Shown piece after piece: positions 1 through 12,410 of a stretch of 64,000 nt of DNA (its first letter is position 1; every line of letters begins with the position of its first letter). The DNA is from Podarcis cretensis. Taxonomy: Eukaryota. Both the position numbers and the translations under genes were made by a program. The stretch is from the NCBI GenBank assembly GCA_951804945.1, contig OX638150.1:43400001-43464000 (forward strand), written 5' to 3'. The notes under the pieces were generated by a model. The model saw only the letters and a program-made list of their open reading frames with translations. It was not told the origin of the DNA and did no database searches.

Positions 1-268
1 TTATGGAGTGTTCCCAGGAAACTGAAATGCTCTCTGCTGATTTTCCCAAGATTGCCAGTTCTGATGCCAGGATTTCTGTTCATTCATTCTGCTTAGTTTC
101 CAGTGATGTTTTTAATAGTAGTCTTTTTTGTGGTTCAGTAATGATCTTTTCTCTCCCGCCTACCCTTCCTTTTCTCCTGTGGGGCCAGCCAAAGGTTTGC
201 TGACATTATGTTATCATCTTGTGGTTTGATAACTGATTCCTTCTGCTTACTCTCTGCCATATGCCCAG

Positions 269-451
269 GATGCCTGCATTGGGGAGGAGGCAGGGGAATG
301 CATCTGGGCACTTGGCACTGAGCACAGCCAGATGGAATCCCACAAAAGAAGCTGTGCTGAGGAGGCAGCCAAGCCAGCAAGGGCTGCTGAAGATCCTTGT
401 AGCTCGCAGAAGCAAACTGCAGAAGCCCAGGATGAAAATCGACACAGGTGA
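269..451 (+). other. exon-like open stretch, possibly from an upstream neighbouring gene
   Basis: Pyrimidine tract + CAG acceptor at 268, 60 purine-rich open codons (DACIGEEAGE...AQDENRHR*); possible donor AG|GTGAAC at 448. Not recognised. Confidence 0.25.
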
Positions 452-1957
452 ACTGGGAACTCGCTGCCTTGGAACGGTGTGACTTCAGGAAGTAATATGC
501 CATCTGAAATGTTTCTAAAATGTGCCAATTTGGGGGAAATGACTATGCTTCCTCTTATGGTCTATTGCAGTACTATTCGCTGGCAAACTGGGGATAATAC
601 CATCTATCTTGCCAGCATCAGCACAGATTTCAGGATTGCAAGTGCTCATACAAAGTGACACTTGCTATTGAAATCTTCTGTGAGTACTGTTCTAACACGG
701 GGCTGCTGCTTGTACTAAGTGTTTTGTCTGTGCACATTACAAACATGAGTTGTAATGTGTTGTAAAATACAGTGTTGTAAAATACATGTACCATGGCTGC
801 AAGAGAGCCATGATTGGCCAGGACATTGGTCTCTTACAATGTGTGAAGCAGAGCACATGGTAGCTGCTGAAACTAGGAAGTGCTGTGGTACCAGGCAGTG
901 TTGCAGAAAGCACAGTATATAGCATGCCCTTTTTGACAGTGCAGCTACATAAGATGCTATATACTTGTTTGTCAGCTGACATCAACAGCCTAGATTGGTT
1001 TTCTTTCCACCCAGTACTCAAGGCCAGATTAAGGTGGTTGAGGACCCCTGGTGTAGTTCCCAAAATTGGAACCACCTTCCCCTCAAAAGGATCAAATAAG
1101 ATACCACTAAATAAAGCAATCTGTTATGGCATGAGAAAGGTTTTGAGCATGTGTAGTTTTATAACTCTTGTTTGCAAAATAAAAAATTGCCAGCTTTGAT
1201 AAATAATAAAATAATAAATAAATACGCTCTGAGCATGTGCAGTTTCACATTATAAACCTGCTTAATTGATCCTTGCTTTTGCTCAGTTTCTACCATGTGC
1301 CAGTCACCAACTCTCAGCCTAAACTAGCTCACATAGCTGTTCAGAGGCTATAGGAGGCAGTATACAATAGCTGCCAAAGGGGATTAAGTGCTTGAATCAT
1401 AGGCATAAAAGCATGGTTCCTTTAACCAGAATAAAGCATCTTTGTACTATAAAGGACCATGTTTTTCTGCATTTCCCCAGCAAATTAGCACAGCTCCAAG
1501 GCTTCCACCAATCTCTATTTGACCTGATTATTGTGTGTTTTAGATGCATAAATTCCACTTAAGTTCCGTTGAGTCTACTCCCAGGTTAGTGTGCATAAGT
1601 GATTGATTCCTAAGAGGAGTTATCTTAGGCCTGTAGCCTAAGTAAGTATTTCATTTTACAAGTGACTTTAAAAAAAACCTATTTAACAGGTAAAATAGTA
1701 AGGAAAAGCATACCATCATTATTTTTCCTGAGCAGTGAAAAACATAAAAACTGCTCTCCCTTTCCAATATTCTGCCCCAATGACAAAATTACTAAGATAA
1801 CCAACAGCCTTTTAAAGTGTTATAGAATAAACCTATATCCACTTAGCTGGAAGTAAGCCACATTTATTGTGTAGTAGTATTTGCAGAAATTAACTTCTAG
1901 GAAGAACTTGATAGCGGATCAACTCATCTTAGGAAAGATGCATCCTAGTTGCTAGGA

Positions 1958-1994
<37 letters not shown>

Positions 1995-2360
1995 TGTGCT
2001 GCCCTTCTGAGGATCACAGGGCATTTTACAAAAATATACCACAGAAACAAACAATACCCCTCCCCAATTTAAAAGGCCATCGTTTTGTTTAATAAGCCAT
2101 CAGCTTGAGAGCAGAGGAATGTTTTTGACTGGTACCTAAAGATATGTAATGAAGGTGCCAGGCGAGAACATGGAGAGAACATTCCTTGGAGAGAACATTC
2201 CACAAACAGCAAGCCACCACAGAAAAGGCCTCTTCTCTTGCTGCCACCCTCTGGACTTCTTGCAGAAGAGGCACACAGAGAAGAGCCTCTGTTGATGATT
2301 GCGGGATTCAAGTCAGTTCATATGGGGAGAAACAGTTCTTGAGGTTTAGCAGTCCTGAGC
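1958..2360 (-). mobile_element. L2-like LINE 3' fragment with (TTA)n tail
   Basis: (TTA)n 1958-1992 followed by sequence resembling the reverse of a reptile L2 3' end (ATTCCACAAAC...CCACCACAGAAAAGGCC). Confidence 0.55.
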
Positions 2361-3169
2361 CTATAACCTTGGGCTATAGTTACTTTGGGGCTAGAACTGG
2401 CGAGCTGTAGTTTGAGCTTAGCCCCCGTGATAGGATTTCAGCACCAAACCAGGGTGGTTTGCAGTAGTAGCTTAGAAGGCAAGTGCAAGCCAGTTTTCTG
2501 CTTCAGGTGTAATGACAAACTGAGGTTTGAACTGAAAAAGTAGTAACTAATTGAAATGGAGCAGTCAAAGGGAGGAGACAGTACATGAGCACAATACTTT
2601 CTCACAATCTGAACGCAGTGTTTCTGAGGGATAAATTCCAATTTCTGGTAACTGAAGTTGTGAAGAAGTTGAGGACTACTTGAATCTAATCCATCCCAAC
2701 TATTATTATTTTAAAAAATTTCATATTGTAACAGAAGAAATTGACTTGGGAAATGCTCACACCACTTTTCAAGACCATAGCAGTAGGATGTGGCCATTAG
2801 GGGGCGCTACCACACAAAGAGAAGCTGGAACAATCTCCTTGGCTGTTTTCCAAGGGTTATTAGCCTCTGCCCCAATGAGCCTCATTAAGGACTCCTTCCC
2901 ATATTGGTACATTTGGATCTCAATATAAGCCATTGTTACTAACCTACTATGAATGTGTTGATGGCACCTACTTTGCTGCTCTCTGCTGGCTTAATATTAG
3001 CATTCAAACTGGGAACCATGGTTTGTTTGAACGATAATCAGTAAGCCAAGAAGCCTTTGCTACAGATTATTTGGACCAGGGTTTGTAATCCCTGTGTCTC
3101 TTGCTAGTATGAAAGGAGATCCTGATGAGTACGATATATTAACATTTCCATGTTTTCAAAAGGACCCAA

Positions 3170-3580
3170 ATTGGCTAAAAGGAATCATAAGGGATCCTCC
3201 TGTGGATCAGAAATTGCTTAAGTACAGTGGTACCTCGGGTTAAGAACGTAACTTGTTCCAGAGGTCCGTTCTTAACCTGAAACTGTTCTTAACCTGAGGT
3301 ACCACTTTAGCTAATGGGGCCTCCCGCCTGTCGCTGCCGCACAATTTCTGTTCTCATCCTGAAGCAAAGTTCTTAGCCTGAGGTACTATTTTTGGGTTAG
3401 TGGAGTCTGTAACCTGAAGCATCTGTAACCCGAGGTACCACTGTAGCAGCAAGCAGAGAGCAGGAATAAATGGATGGTTCTCCGAAGGGAGAGATGTCAA
3501 TAGTGAAGTCCCCCAAGGATTGGTTTGAGACCTGTGCTTTTTAACTTGTTCCTAAAAGATCTAGAGCTAGAGGTGAGCAT
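3170..3580 (+). mobile_element. CR1 LINE RT fragment, interrupted by MITE
   Basis: Decayed RT motif region (KQRAGING..., VPQG..., LFNLF..DL) on both sides of the 3225-3443 MITE. Confidence 0.65.
3225..3443 (+). mobile_element. Tc1/mariner-type MITE, copy 1
   Basis: Perfect 18-bp TIR CAGTGGTACCTCGGGTTA/TAACCCGAGGTACCACTG, TA on both flanks; three more copies in the window. Confidence 0.85.
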
Positions 3581-5379
3581 TGCAGTGAAGGGATACAGAC
3601 TTATGACTGAACCTACCAGAAGGGAAGGTGCTGTGATTCTTCCCTGTACCGTCAAGAGGTCTGAATAGATGGGGTGAGTCTATTATATAGAATGGAAAAG
3701 ATAGTTGGCATGCTCAGAAACCGAAACGAAGAGCTTTCTTCTACCAATCCCTATTTGTTATTTTTAAGTCAACCATCATCTTTGTGCTCCCCACGCCATG
3801 CTACCTCACAAAATTAATGTCCTCTTTAACGCTTAGCATAAGTAGGCAACGATGGAAATGAGCCTGAGGGAAATGTATCTCTTTGTTAACCATAGATATG
3901 GAAAGAAGGAAAACGTCTTGCATACCTTCAACAAAAACAGAGAAGCTTGCGCAGTGAAAACTTTTTTGGCAGCTCAGGAGTGCAGGTGAAGGAAGGTGAT
4001 GCTAACCCTTGACTTCCTAACCAACAATACTTCAGCCACCTCTGCGCTCCTGAAGTTCTAAATTTACTATTACACCAGCAGCTTGTTTTCACTGGAATAG
4101 TAACTATGACTATTGGGAGGAATGTAATGTAGTGCTTAGGAGATTTCTGTTTGCTTGATGGAACAATCTCCCCTCTCCACATGCTGTTATGGGGGTCCCC
4201 TGAACTACACCAGCCAATTTGGGAGGGGCGGGGTGGGGAAGCCCCATTGTGCTGGCTGAAGTCCTTGGATAGGTTTCTGCTAGGGAGACCGCTTAGTTGA
4301 ATCTGGCCTACTGTCTTTATGTGATCAAATAATATCAGTGGTGTCCTTTTATTGTTTCATGTGATGGTTACAGTATATGCAGCTTCAGGGGTAATTGCAG
4401 AAGTGGCTTTGGAATAGAATGTTATGATGTTGGCTGGGTGGGTATCCTGCAATTCTCCCTGTGCCTGATTTTATTTGGTTGGAAGAGGGCTTGATTATGA
4501 CCACTTCTGGTGTTTATCATGTTTTAAGTAACTTATAAGGCATTGTGTGAAGGCATAGATTTGTATGTCTCTCGTACACTGATGAAATCCAGAGCTAAGC
4601 ATTTGGGCTGGGGCTTATTGGGTTGACTTACAAAGATGCCAGCCTGCATGACATTAGCTTCTGCCCAGATGATTCCTGATTAGAACAAGCAATGGGCCAC
4701 TGATTGCTGCACACAGATATCTTGTACATATATGAGTATGCAGAAGCTTTTAAAGTGCATTTAAAAAAGGAAGACTACTCAAACATCTGCAGTAGTAGTT
4801 CCAAATAAGAAACTGTCCTTGGCAGACTGTTGCCTTTTATCAGGGCTGCTCTTCAAGGGTAAAATGAGACAAATTGCTTTCAAAAATGGATATTTGCCTA
4901 GGGACACTTTGAACAAAGCTATTTTTATTCTGAAGGTAGGCTAATATTCTAGTTGTTCTTTGCTCCCCTGTGTGGGGCTTTTAACCTCAATAGTTTTGAA
5001 ATGGTAGCAGTAGCCATATCATGAATAAATAAATAAATAAATAAAATAAAATCAGATCTGCAGTCTCTGATAAACTAGATATTTTCAGAAGCTGGATATA
5101 TGGTATCCCCTTTAATCTTTCCGTACCTCTGACTAGGAAAGATGGATAGCAACCCCTCTGCTTTTCTTTCTTTACAGATAGAAAGGTGGGGAATCTTTCC
5201 TTTCAGAAATATGTGAAGTACTGTCCTCCATCTCAAGGGGCTGCAGATCTTTAACCTTGCAGTTGTTTTGTACCACAAGCCCCTTCTTACCTCTTTTATG
5301 CACCCTAAATACTGAACATGTGGTGAAACATGGAGCAAGGCATTGTATGTTGAATGCAATGTCTGAACAGTTTCACATG

Positions 5380-5900
5380 GGAGGAGGTGGTCATTCAGAT
5401 GACAAGGTTATAAGCTATTAAGGATTTTATAGAAAATAACCCGCACTATTGAATTGTACTAGGAAATTAAATGGGAGCCAGCACAGATGAAAAAGAACTG
5501 GTGCAATGTGTTCTGAAAAGCAAGGACTGTCAGAAACCACTCTGTCAGCTGCATTTTACACCTGGTACGAGTTTCTGAACACTTTTCAAGGGTGACATAG
5601 AACATGTTCCAGGAATGAAATCTGGATGTAGGGCAAGACTGGATCTACATGGTGTAGGAAAGGGCATAACTGGTCCACAAGCCAAGACTGCGCAAAGACA
5701 TTCCTGGCCACAGCTGCCATCTGGAATTCTAGGAACAAGGCTGGGTCCAGGAACACTCTCAAACAACCCACCTGATCCTAAGGGGAGTATAGCCCCAGCT
5801 GATACAGGTCAAATTTCCAAGCCAGGACCAACTCTTCTGTTGACCATTGTCTGAATTAAGCCTCTGCTTGTTAGTCCACAATCAAACCATCACTTTAATT
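5380..5900 (-). mobile_element. L2-like LINE fragment
   Basis: Reverse complement resembles the L2 ORF2 C-terminal region (LVQN, SxLDxC-type motifs); decayed. Confidence 0.45.
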
Positions 5901-6811
5901 AGAACTGTGGAGGTGAAAGAGACCTTGAGGGCCATCCATTCTAACCCCTGGCATACTGTTTTATGCTGTATTACTCTTTGTTGCTTGGTTGTGAGCAGCT
6001 TAAAGCACCTCCAGCCCATGGGCCTAATTGGACCTGCCAAGCCACACCCACCTTCCCCGCACCTGATGTCATTGATGGCATGAGTCCCAGGAAGGTTCAA
6101 GCTGCAGCAAAGGAAGAACAGGAGTCTTCCTTTGCTGCCATGGACTGAAGTTAAAATCACTTGACACACCAGGTTCCTGACAAATGGATAGCCTTGTCCG
6201 CCCATCAAAATTGCCCACAGAGGGCTGGGTGCTTCTGGGTCTGTTCCTCTAGCTGGATCCAATTCCCTACCCCTGGAATGGAGCATATGGAAATGCGGTA
6301 AGGTGGGATATAAGTTATTGTAATAAATCAAATCAAATCTGAGATTAAGTTGTGTTTGAAGGCCAGTCCAGTATTGAGGAGTGCACATGTCTGGATCCTG
6401 TTTCTCCTGACTGCATAGTTCATTCTGTGTTGTGTTTTTGTTTTTAAATTACCGTAGTTTGGGGAAATCATACTATGTGTTTCAAACCATTTACTGTAGA
6501 ATAGCTGTACTGAAGGATACTGCTCTGAAGCAAAATGGAATGAGGCCAGTGTGACTCATCCAAAGACTGAAGTCGCATGACTATTGTGTGCAGCAAAGGA
6601 TCACATTTCTGGTGAACCAGTTGCCAGATTGGACTGTTGGTGGCAAATAGTGCAGGTCAGCAGAGTTAAGTTCACTGCCTGACACTTCGTGTTTTGTGCT
6701 TGAGACAAAAAGGTTTCAGTTCTACACTGTTCCGTCTTCCTCATAAGTGCCCACCCATTCCCAGACCGAGCCTTATATGTGTATTGTATCAACAGGTGTA
6801 TTGTAACAACA

Positions 6812-7559
6812 GGGACATGGGTGGTGCTGCGTGTTAGGATATTCCCGTTCCACCTTAAAAGGGAGCAGGCTTTGTGAGTCACAGAGTCTGCGTATTTCCT
6901 GTTCACAGGATGTTTCTGTTGTGTCTATGCTTTTGTTTTCTGTGTGTGCCTGAGACATCAACGCAGGCAGTCATGTTTTCTTTGTTCTGACCAACGCTGA
7001 ATAAAGTTGTAAATAATGCTCTCCTGCGTGCATCTTTCGCTGTGTGAATTCTGCTGATAGAGCGTGCATCAGCTCTGGAATGTGGGAAGCTATTTCTGGA
7101 GCTCGTGCCGCTAATTGAATGATACTGCGTGTCTACGGGAGATCGATGGATCGTCCGGAATCGACGTGGGGTCATGATGGCCTTTGTCTCCCTGGCAGTA
7201 TCCCAACACTGTGGTCTAAACCACTGAGCCTGTTGGGCTTGCCAATCAGAAGGTTGGCGGTTCAAATCCCTGCAACAGGGTGAGCTCCCATTGCTTGGTC
7301 CCAGCTCCTGCCAACCTAGCAGTTCGAAAGCAGGCCAAAAAGTGCAAGTAGATTAATAGGTACTGCTCCGGCGGAAAGGTAAACGGCGTTTCCGTGTGCT
7401 GCTCTGGTTTCAGAAGCGGCTTAGTCATGCTGGCCCCATGACCCGGAAAAACTGTCTGCAGACAAATGCCGGCTCCCTCAGCCTGTAAAGCGAGATGAGC
7501 GCCGCAACCCCAGAGTCAACTGTGACTGGACTTAACTGTTGGGGGGGGTCCTTTACCTT
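6812..7559 (+). mobile_element. Sauria SINE interrupted by a solo LTR
   Basis: GGGACATGGGTGGTGCTG...AGAAGGTTGGCGGTTCAAATCCC...GAGCGCCGCAACCCCAGAGTC...CCTTTACCTTT; flanking repeat TAACAACAGG at 6804-6813 and 7560-7569. Confidence 0.85.
6832..7208 (+). mobile_element. solo LTR (377 bp)
   Basis: TG...CA ends with inverted termini TGTTAGGATA/TATCCCAACA, 5-bp TSD CTGCG/CTGTG, internal AATAAA 7000-7005; splits the SINE head. Confidence 0.8.
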
Positions 7560-7671
7560 TAACAACAGGCTGGTCCTGTGCAGGGTTAGGTATGCCCAAA
7601 CACATCACATTGTTTTGCAATCTAACTCAGTCTTGTCTTGGAACAGTATGCAGGAATCAAACAGCCAAGGT

Positions 7672-7811
7672 ACATAGGAAACTGCCTTACACTGAATCAA
7701 GCCATTGGCCCATCTAACTTAGGGGACGTTCCCAATCCTACCTGGAGATGCCAGGGAATGAACCTAGGACCTTCTGCTTGCAGAGCAAAGGCTCTACCAC
7801 TGAGCAGATGG
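7672..7811 (-). mobile_element. tRNA-derived SINE remnant with CR1-like tail
   Basis: Reverse strand reads GCTCAGTGGTAGAGC...GGTTCATTCCC (A/B-box-like) with a CR1-type 3' end. Confidence 0.55.
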
Positions 7812-10170
7812 ATTTCCCTCAGTACTTAGCAGATCAGTGCTGTACTCTGATGTTGAATTAATAACACACACACACTCCCCCTTGGTAATAAAGACTGTTT
7901 GGAATCTCAGTCTGTTTCACTGATAGCTCCCTGAAGAGAAATGACCCTGTGTGAAGGATGTACATTTTGTAGTTTTCCCCATTGGGCTTGTGCAGAAAGT
8001 AAGAATCATCACTGGGGAAGAAAATGTGTGCTTTGTACAAGACACTGGGTTTAGGGCTCAAAACCAACCTGCTGTAGCAGGTTGTGTGAGGGAGGAGCAG
8101 AATTCTAAACTTGAGTCTTGCGCAATTTGTAAGGTGTTAAATGTTACATTTCTTACTAGCAATCTTACCAATAAAACGTTAACTGTAGACTAAGCTTGCA
8201 TTTGAGATTGAAATTACATGTTACCTTTTAAAATAGCAATTCTGGTCTTATTTTTCCTTGCAGATCGTCCCTCTCTAAATGAATGTTTATTTCTGTAATA
8301 GGGATGTTGTTGCACTGAGTTTAATTACCTCCACCTTTGTTGTCTTCCAAGAGGGAACTTGTAGTTCCATGTGTATGATCACTGCTGCAGGAGAAACTTG
8401 TGCCGGGTCCTGTGACGGCTAACAGCTGCATTGCAACTCTGCGAGTGCTTACATGGGAGTAAAAAATAGACAAAACAAACTTCCCCATTAACGTAGCTTC
8501 TCTTTCCTTCACTATACCGGTAATTTCCCTTGTTTTGGAGTGCAGAGAGACTGCTTGAGGGGACAGTGGGATCTTGCCACATAGGGCTGGAACTAAGCCA
8601 CAGAATGATGGTCAAGCAGGTGTGATTAGTCATAAGACTGTTCTTGTTATCACAGGCCAATGCTGAAAACAAGATGTATTAACCATATTGAATTACAGGA
8701 AGGGCAGAGAGGTGTGCCCCTTAACCTCTTCTGATGGACTCAAAACAGCTACCCCTGTTTTTTGTTTTTACTGTGTTTTTTTTTTCACTGTTCTGTTTTT
8801 GTTTTTAGAAATCTTCTCCCAGCATGACTCAGCTAAAACTGGGAGGAGTCAGGTGGCTGTAGGGCTTATACATTTCAGGAAGTCTGCCCCTTCTCCGTTA
8901 TTCAAGCCCTGCCTGAACTGCCTTCAGACTCATTTTCCAGTAACTTCAAATGTACATTTGGATTGTTCAGGTATGCATTGCCAAAAGAGGAAATGTACTA
9001 CTGGAAACAGATGACACAGAACTGCATAAAATTTGCATACCGTATTTTATATGCATAGATGCAAACTTAGAAAATTGCTATAACCGAAACAGAAATGCAC
9101 GCACGGTAGTGGGGAGCTTGTGTTACCAAATGTGCCTGCGAGTCTTAGATCATGTCATATTTGAATGGGACAGCCCTCTAAGTAGACTCTGGACTTCTAT
9201 TGCCACCCCCAATAAAGTAGGACACATAGTCACCTCTCGTCCACTCCAGACGACATTTCTCTCCCCACCCCCTTTTAAGCCCACGAGTAGACACGATAAC
9301 CAGAACATCAGGATCTGCACCAAGACCCGGGCGACCCTCTCGTGGCCCGTGTATGGCAACAATACGAATTCTACAAGCACACCGCAGAAGTTGTGAAGTG
9401 TAATGGAGGTGGGAGTGGGGAGAAAGCGACGAGGCGAGAACAGGCAGCGCTTGCTGGGCAAGAAGAGCAGCCGCTTGAACGAGGGGACGGGCGGAGGGAG
9501 GGGCTTCTGAATGAAAGCCAGAGCGGCCTCTCTAATAATGGCAGCGTCCAAACGAGCCTTCTCCATGTCCTTCCTCCCGGCTGCAACAAACCCGGCGCTG
9601 TTCTGGCTTCTGGAAGCCAGGCGGGGCGGCGGAGGGGAGCTGGCCCTCCCACCCCCCCCGATCCCCCAACCCGGCCTTTGTTGCTAATCTTTTAATCTGC
9701 TCCGGAAAGGGGGAAACCTAGGGAGGGTTGGAAGCAGCAGCTGCCTCCTCCCCCCCCTCCCCTGGAGCTTGCGGCGGCGGCGGCTGCAGCGATGTCTCCG
9801 TCTCCTCCTCTCTCTCTCTCTCACACACACCCCAACTCAACCCCCCCAGCTCACGTGACCAGCAACCCGGCCAGTTGAGCACCGGGAGGGAGAGAGCCAG
9901 CGAGCCAGCGGAGCCGACGCTGCAACAACAATAAAGAGCGGCAAAAAAATAAAACAAAAAGGAGGCCGGCGCGCGGACAGAACGTTCGGCGGGCAAAAAA
10001 GTGGCGCGCGCGGCAGTATCGGCCGCTGCAAGGCTAGCTGCCTGCAGGAGAGAGGGGGAAAAGCCCTCAACTCCTCCTTCCTTTTCGTCCGCTCGTCTGT
10101 TCCTGGGCGGTTGGGCCGCCCCCTTTCGGGGCTCGACGGCTCCCTCCACTCACGCCCCACCAACCAGAGG

Positions 10171-10221
10171 ATGGCGGATCGACGACGGCTCTTGCTGCTT
10201 CTTCTGCTGCTGCTGTTGTAA
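10171..10221 (+). CDS. upstream ORF, 16 aa MADRRRLLLLLLLLLL*
   Basis: AGGATGG (A at -3, G at +4), TAA at 10219-10221, same frame as PKN1 ATG 10321. Translation unproven; requires a TSS upstream of 10171. Confidence 0.5.
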   Translation: MADRRRLLLLLLLLLL

Positions 10222-10320
10222 GGGCAGCCCTGGGGAGCAGCAGAGGCTGCCCCAGGAGCAGCAGCAGCAGCAGCAGCAGCGAGAAGGCGGGGAGGAAGCC
10301 AGCCGGGGCTTGGCGGGAAG

Positions 10321-10341
10321 ATGGCCAACGAGTCGCTTCAG
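10321..10341 (+). CDS. PKN1: PKN1 exon 1a coding part (MANESLQ)
   Basis: AAGATGG Kozak, 7 codons resembling mammalian PKN1 MASDAVQ, donor CAG|GTAAAA, phase 0 matching exon 2. Confidence 0.9.
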
Positions 10342-11329
10342 GTAAAAAGGGAAACAAACCCCCACCCGAGTCCTCGCTTTTCCTGCGCGGGGTGGCGCGC
10401 AGCCTGAGGAGGATTCGGTGGTTGGGATGCTGGGGGGAAAGAGAGAGAGAGAGAGAGCCGCCGGTCTCTGCGCGCCTCGGGAGTGCAGCTGAGGAGGGGC
10501 TGCGCGAGCTCCCCCCCCTCCTGCTCGCTTCTCTCTCCCCCCCCCCCGCGGTCCAGATGGTGGCGAGAGTCGCAGCTGCAGCCTTTGCTCCCGAGGCCGG
10601 ATCCCGGCGCTGGTTTGGCTAACCAAAGCGGGGCGGCGGAGTGGGGACAGATGAGCCATGCTTCCTAGATATGGGTCGGATGGGTTTGAACCTCGACAGA
10701 GCCGGTTTCTGATTCCTGGTTAGCCACCAGCTTGTAGGGTGGACTTGGGCAAGTCGCCGTATCTCTCTCATCTGTTTTTTTAAAAAAGAAAGTAATAACT
10801 TGGGATACTTCATGATCACGTGGTGTTGGCCACCGACAGCGAAGCTCTTGCGCATGAAGTACTACTAAACATTTAAATAATAATTCATCTTTTCATCTTT
10901 TCGGTGTGGGTGAGGAAACCAATCCAGGACTTTAATGTGCTCTTCTTCTGCATCCTGTCACTCATCAATTTAAGTCTCTCAAATGCCCGATGTGTAAACC
11001 ACTGGGTTAGATAGGCTTTATTTCTTGGGTGCAGTGGGTGTGTTTGTCTCTTTCCATTTATTTAACCTAGTCCCTCTTATGAGCCTGCCTTCAAAATTGG
11101 GAGCCATGGCCCCTTCTTGCTGGTGATCCCAATGTGGTGAAAGGGATTGCCTCCTAGTTGTGAACCTTCAAAAAGACCTTTCTTCCAGGTCATTCTAGAA
11201 ATCTTGGACCCTTCCAGGTCTTTCAGAAGTTGTTTAAACTTGGCAGTGAGGTGGCCAAGTTTGCTGGTGGTAGTAAATCATTCAGCGTTGTCATAACAAA
11301 AAGAGATTATGAAGAGCTCCAAAATGACC

Positions 11330-12410
11330 TTTCCAAAACAAAAAGAATAGGCAGTAATATGGCAAATGCAGTTCAGTGTAAGTAAGTGTAAAGCAATACA
11401 TGTCAGAGCAAAACAAACAAACAAATCCTTAATTTCACAAATATGCTCATGTGGTATGTATTGATGGTGACTAACCAGGAACAAGATGTTGGGGTTGTAT
11501 TGTAGTTCATTGTACATGTGCACCCGACGTGCGGCAGCTATGAAAAAGGCAAATTTCATGTTAGGGATCATTAGGGAAAGGAATGGAAAATAAACCTGCA
11601 GGTGTCCCAATGTCATTATAGAAATCTGTGCTTTGGCCACATTTGGAATGCTGTGTACAATTCTGGTTGCCTCAAAAAAGATATTTTAGAGTTGGGAAAA
11701 TGGTTCAAAAAAGGGGAACCAAAATGATAAAGGGGATGGAATGCCTGTCCTATTAGGAAAGGTTGTAATGTTTGGGACTTATTAGTTTGGAGAAAAGGTC
11801 ACATGATAGAAGTTTATGCAATTATGCCTATTGTGCAGAAAGTGGTTAGGGAAAAGTTTTTCTCCCTCTGTCCTAACACTAGAACTTATGGCCATCCAGT
11901 GGAGCTGAATGTTGGAAGATTCAGAACAGATAACAGAAAATACTTTTTCGTGCAGCACATTATTAAACTATGGAATTCTCTCCCATAAGATTTAGTGAAG
12001 GCCACCAACTTGGATGGCTTTTAAAAAGGATTGAACACGTGCGTTGAAGAGAAAACTATCAGTGGCTGTTACCTATCATGGTTTGGTTCTGCCTTCATGG
12101 TCGGACGCAATACTGCAGCCTTTCTCAACCTGTGGGTCCCCAGATGTTGTTGAACTACAACTCCCTTCACCCCTAGCTAGCAAGGCCAGAGCTCAGGGAT
12201 GATGGGAGTTGTCGTCCAACAACATCTGGGGACCCGCAGGTTGAGAACTGCTGCAATAATGCTTCTGAATACCAGGTGCTGGAAACTCCCATGGAGGGGG
12301 GGGGGCACAGTCTCAGGGCTCTTATGCTCAGGTCTTGCTTGCGGGTTTCTGACAGGCATATTGTTGGCCACTGTGAGAACAGGATTCTAGACTAGATGGG
12401 CCATTGATTC
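11330..12410 (+). mobile_element. CR1 LINE 3' portion (ORF2 end + 3' UTR)
   Basis: Decayed ORF2 end (KFFSL..NTRT.GHP...RFRTD.RKYFF..IIKLWNSLP) followed by a CR1 3' UTR. Confidence 0.8.
12116..12253. mobile_element. palindromic hAT-type MITE inserted in CR1
   Basis: Near-complete fold-back (TTCTCAACCTGTGGGTCCCCAGATGTTGTTG / CAACAACATCTGGGGACCCGCAGGTTGAGAA); 8-bp TSD CAATACTG/CAATAATG. Confidence 0.8.

Larger units (their letters stand above)
9240..10720. promoter_or_regulatory. CpG island / PKN1 main promoter and 5' UTR
   Basis: Sharp rise in GC and CpG density against a CpG-depleted background. GC boxes (GGGCGG ~9489, ~9623), palindromic E-box TCACGTGA 9851-9858; spans exon 1a. Confidence 0.85.

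Noticed and set aside
3110-3150. CTGATGA hammerhead-like core (also near 4579, 18193, 27836, 53363)
   Set aside because: No stem II followed by GAAA and no stem I/III pairing.
1-9240. Divergent neighbouring gene such as DDX39A (adjacent to PKN1 in human, as recalled)
   Set aside because: No recognisable coding exons of it on either strand in this window.
9150-10668. Many overlapping 100-170 aa ORFs on both strands
   Set aside because: Expected in a stop-poor CpG island; low-complexity products with no recognisable domain.
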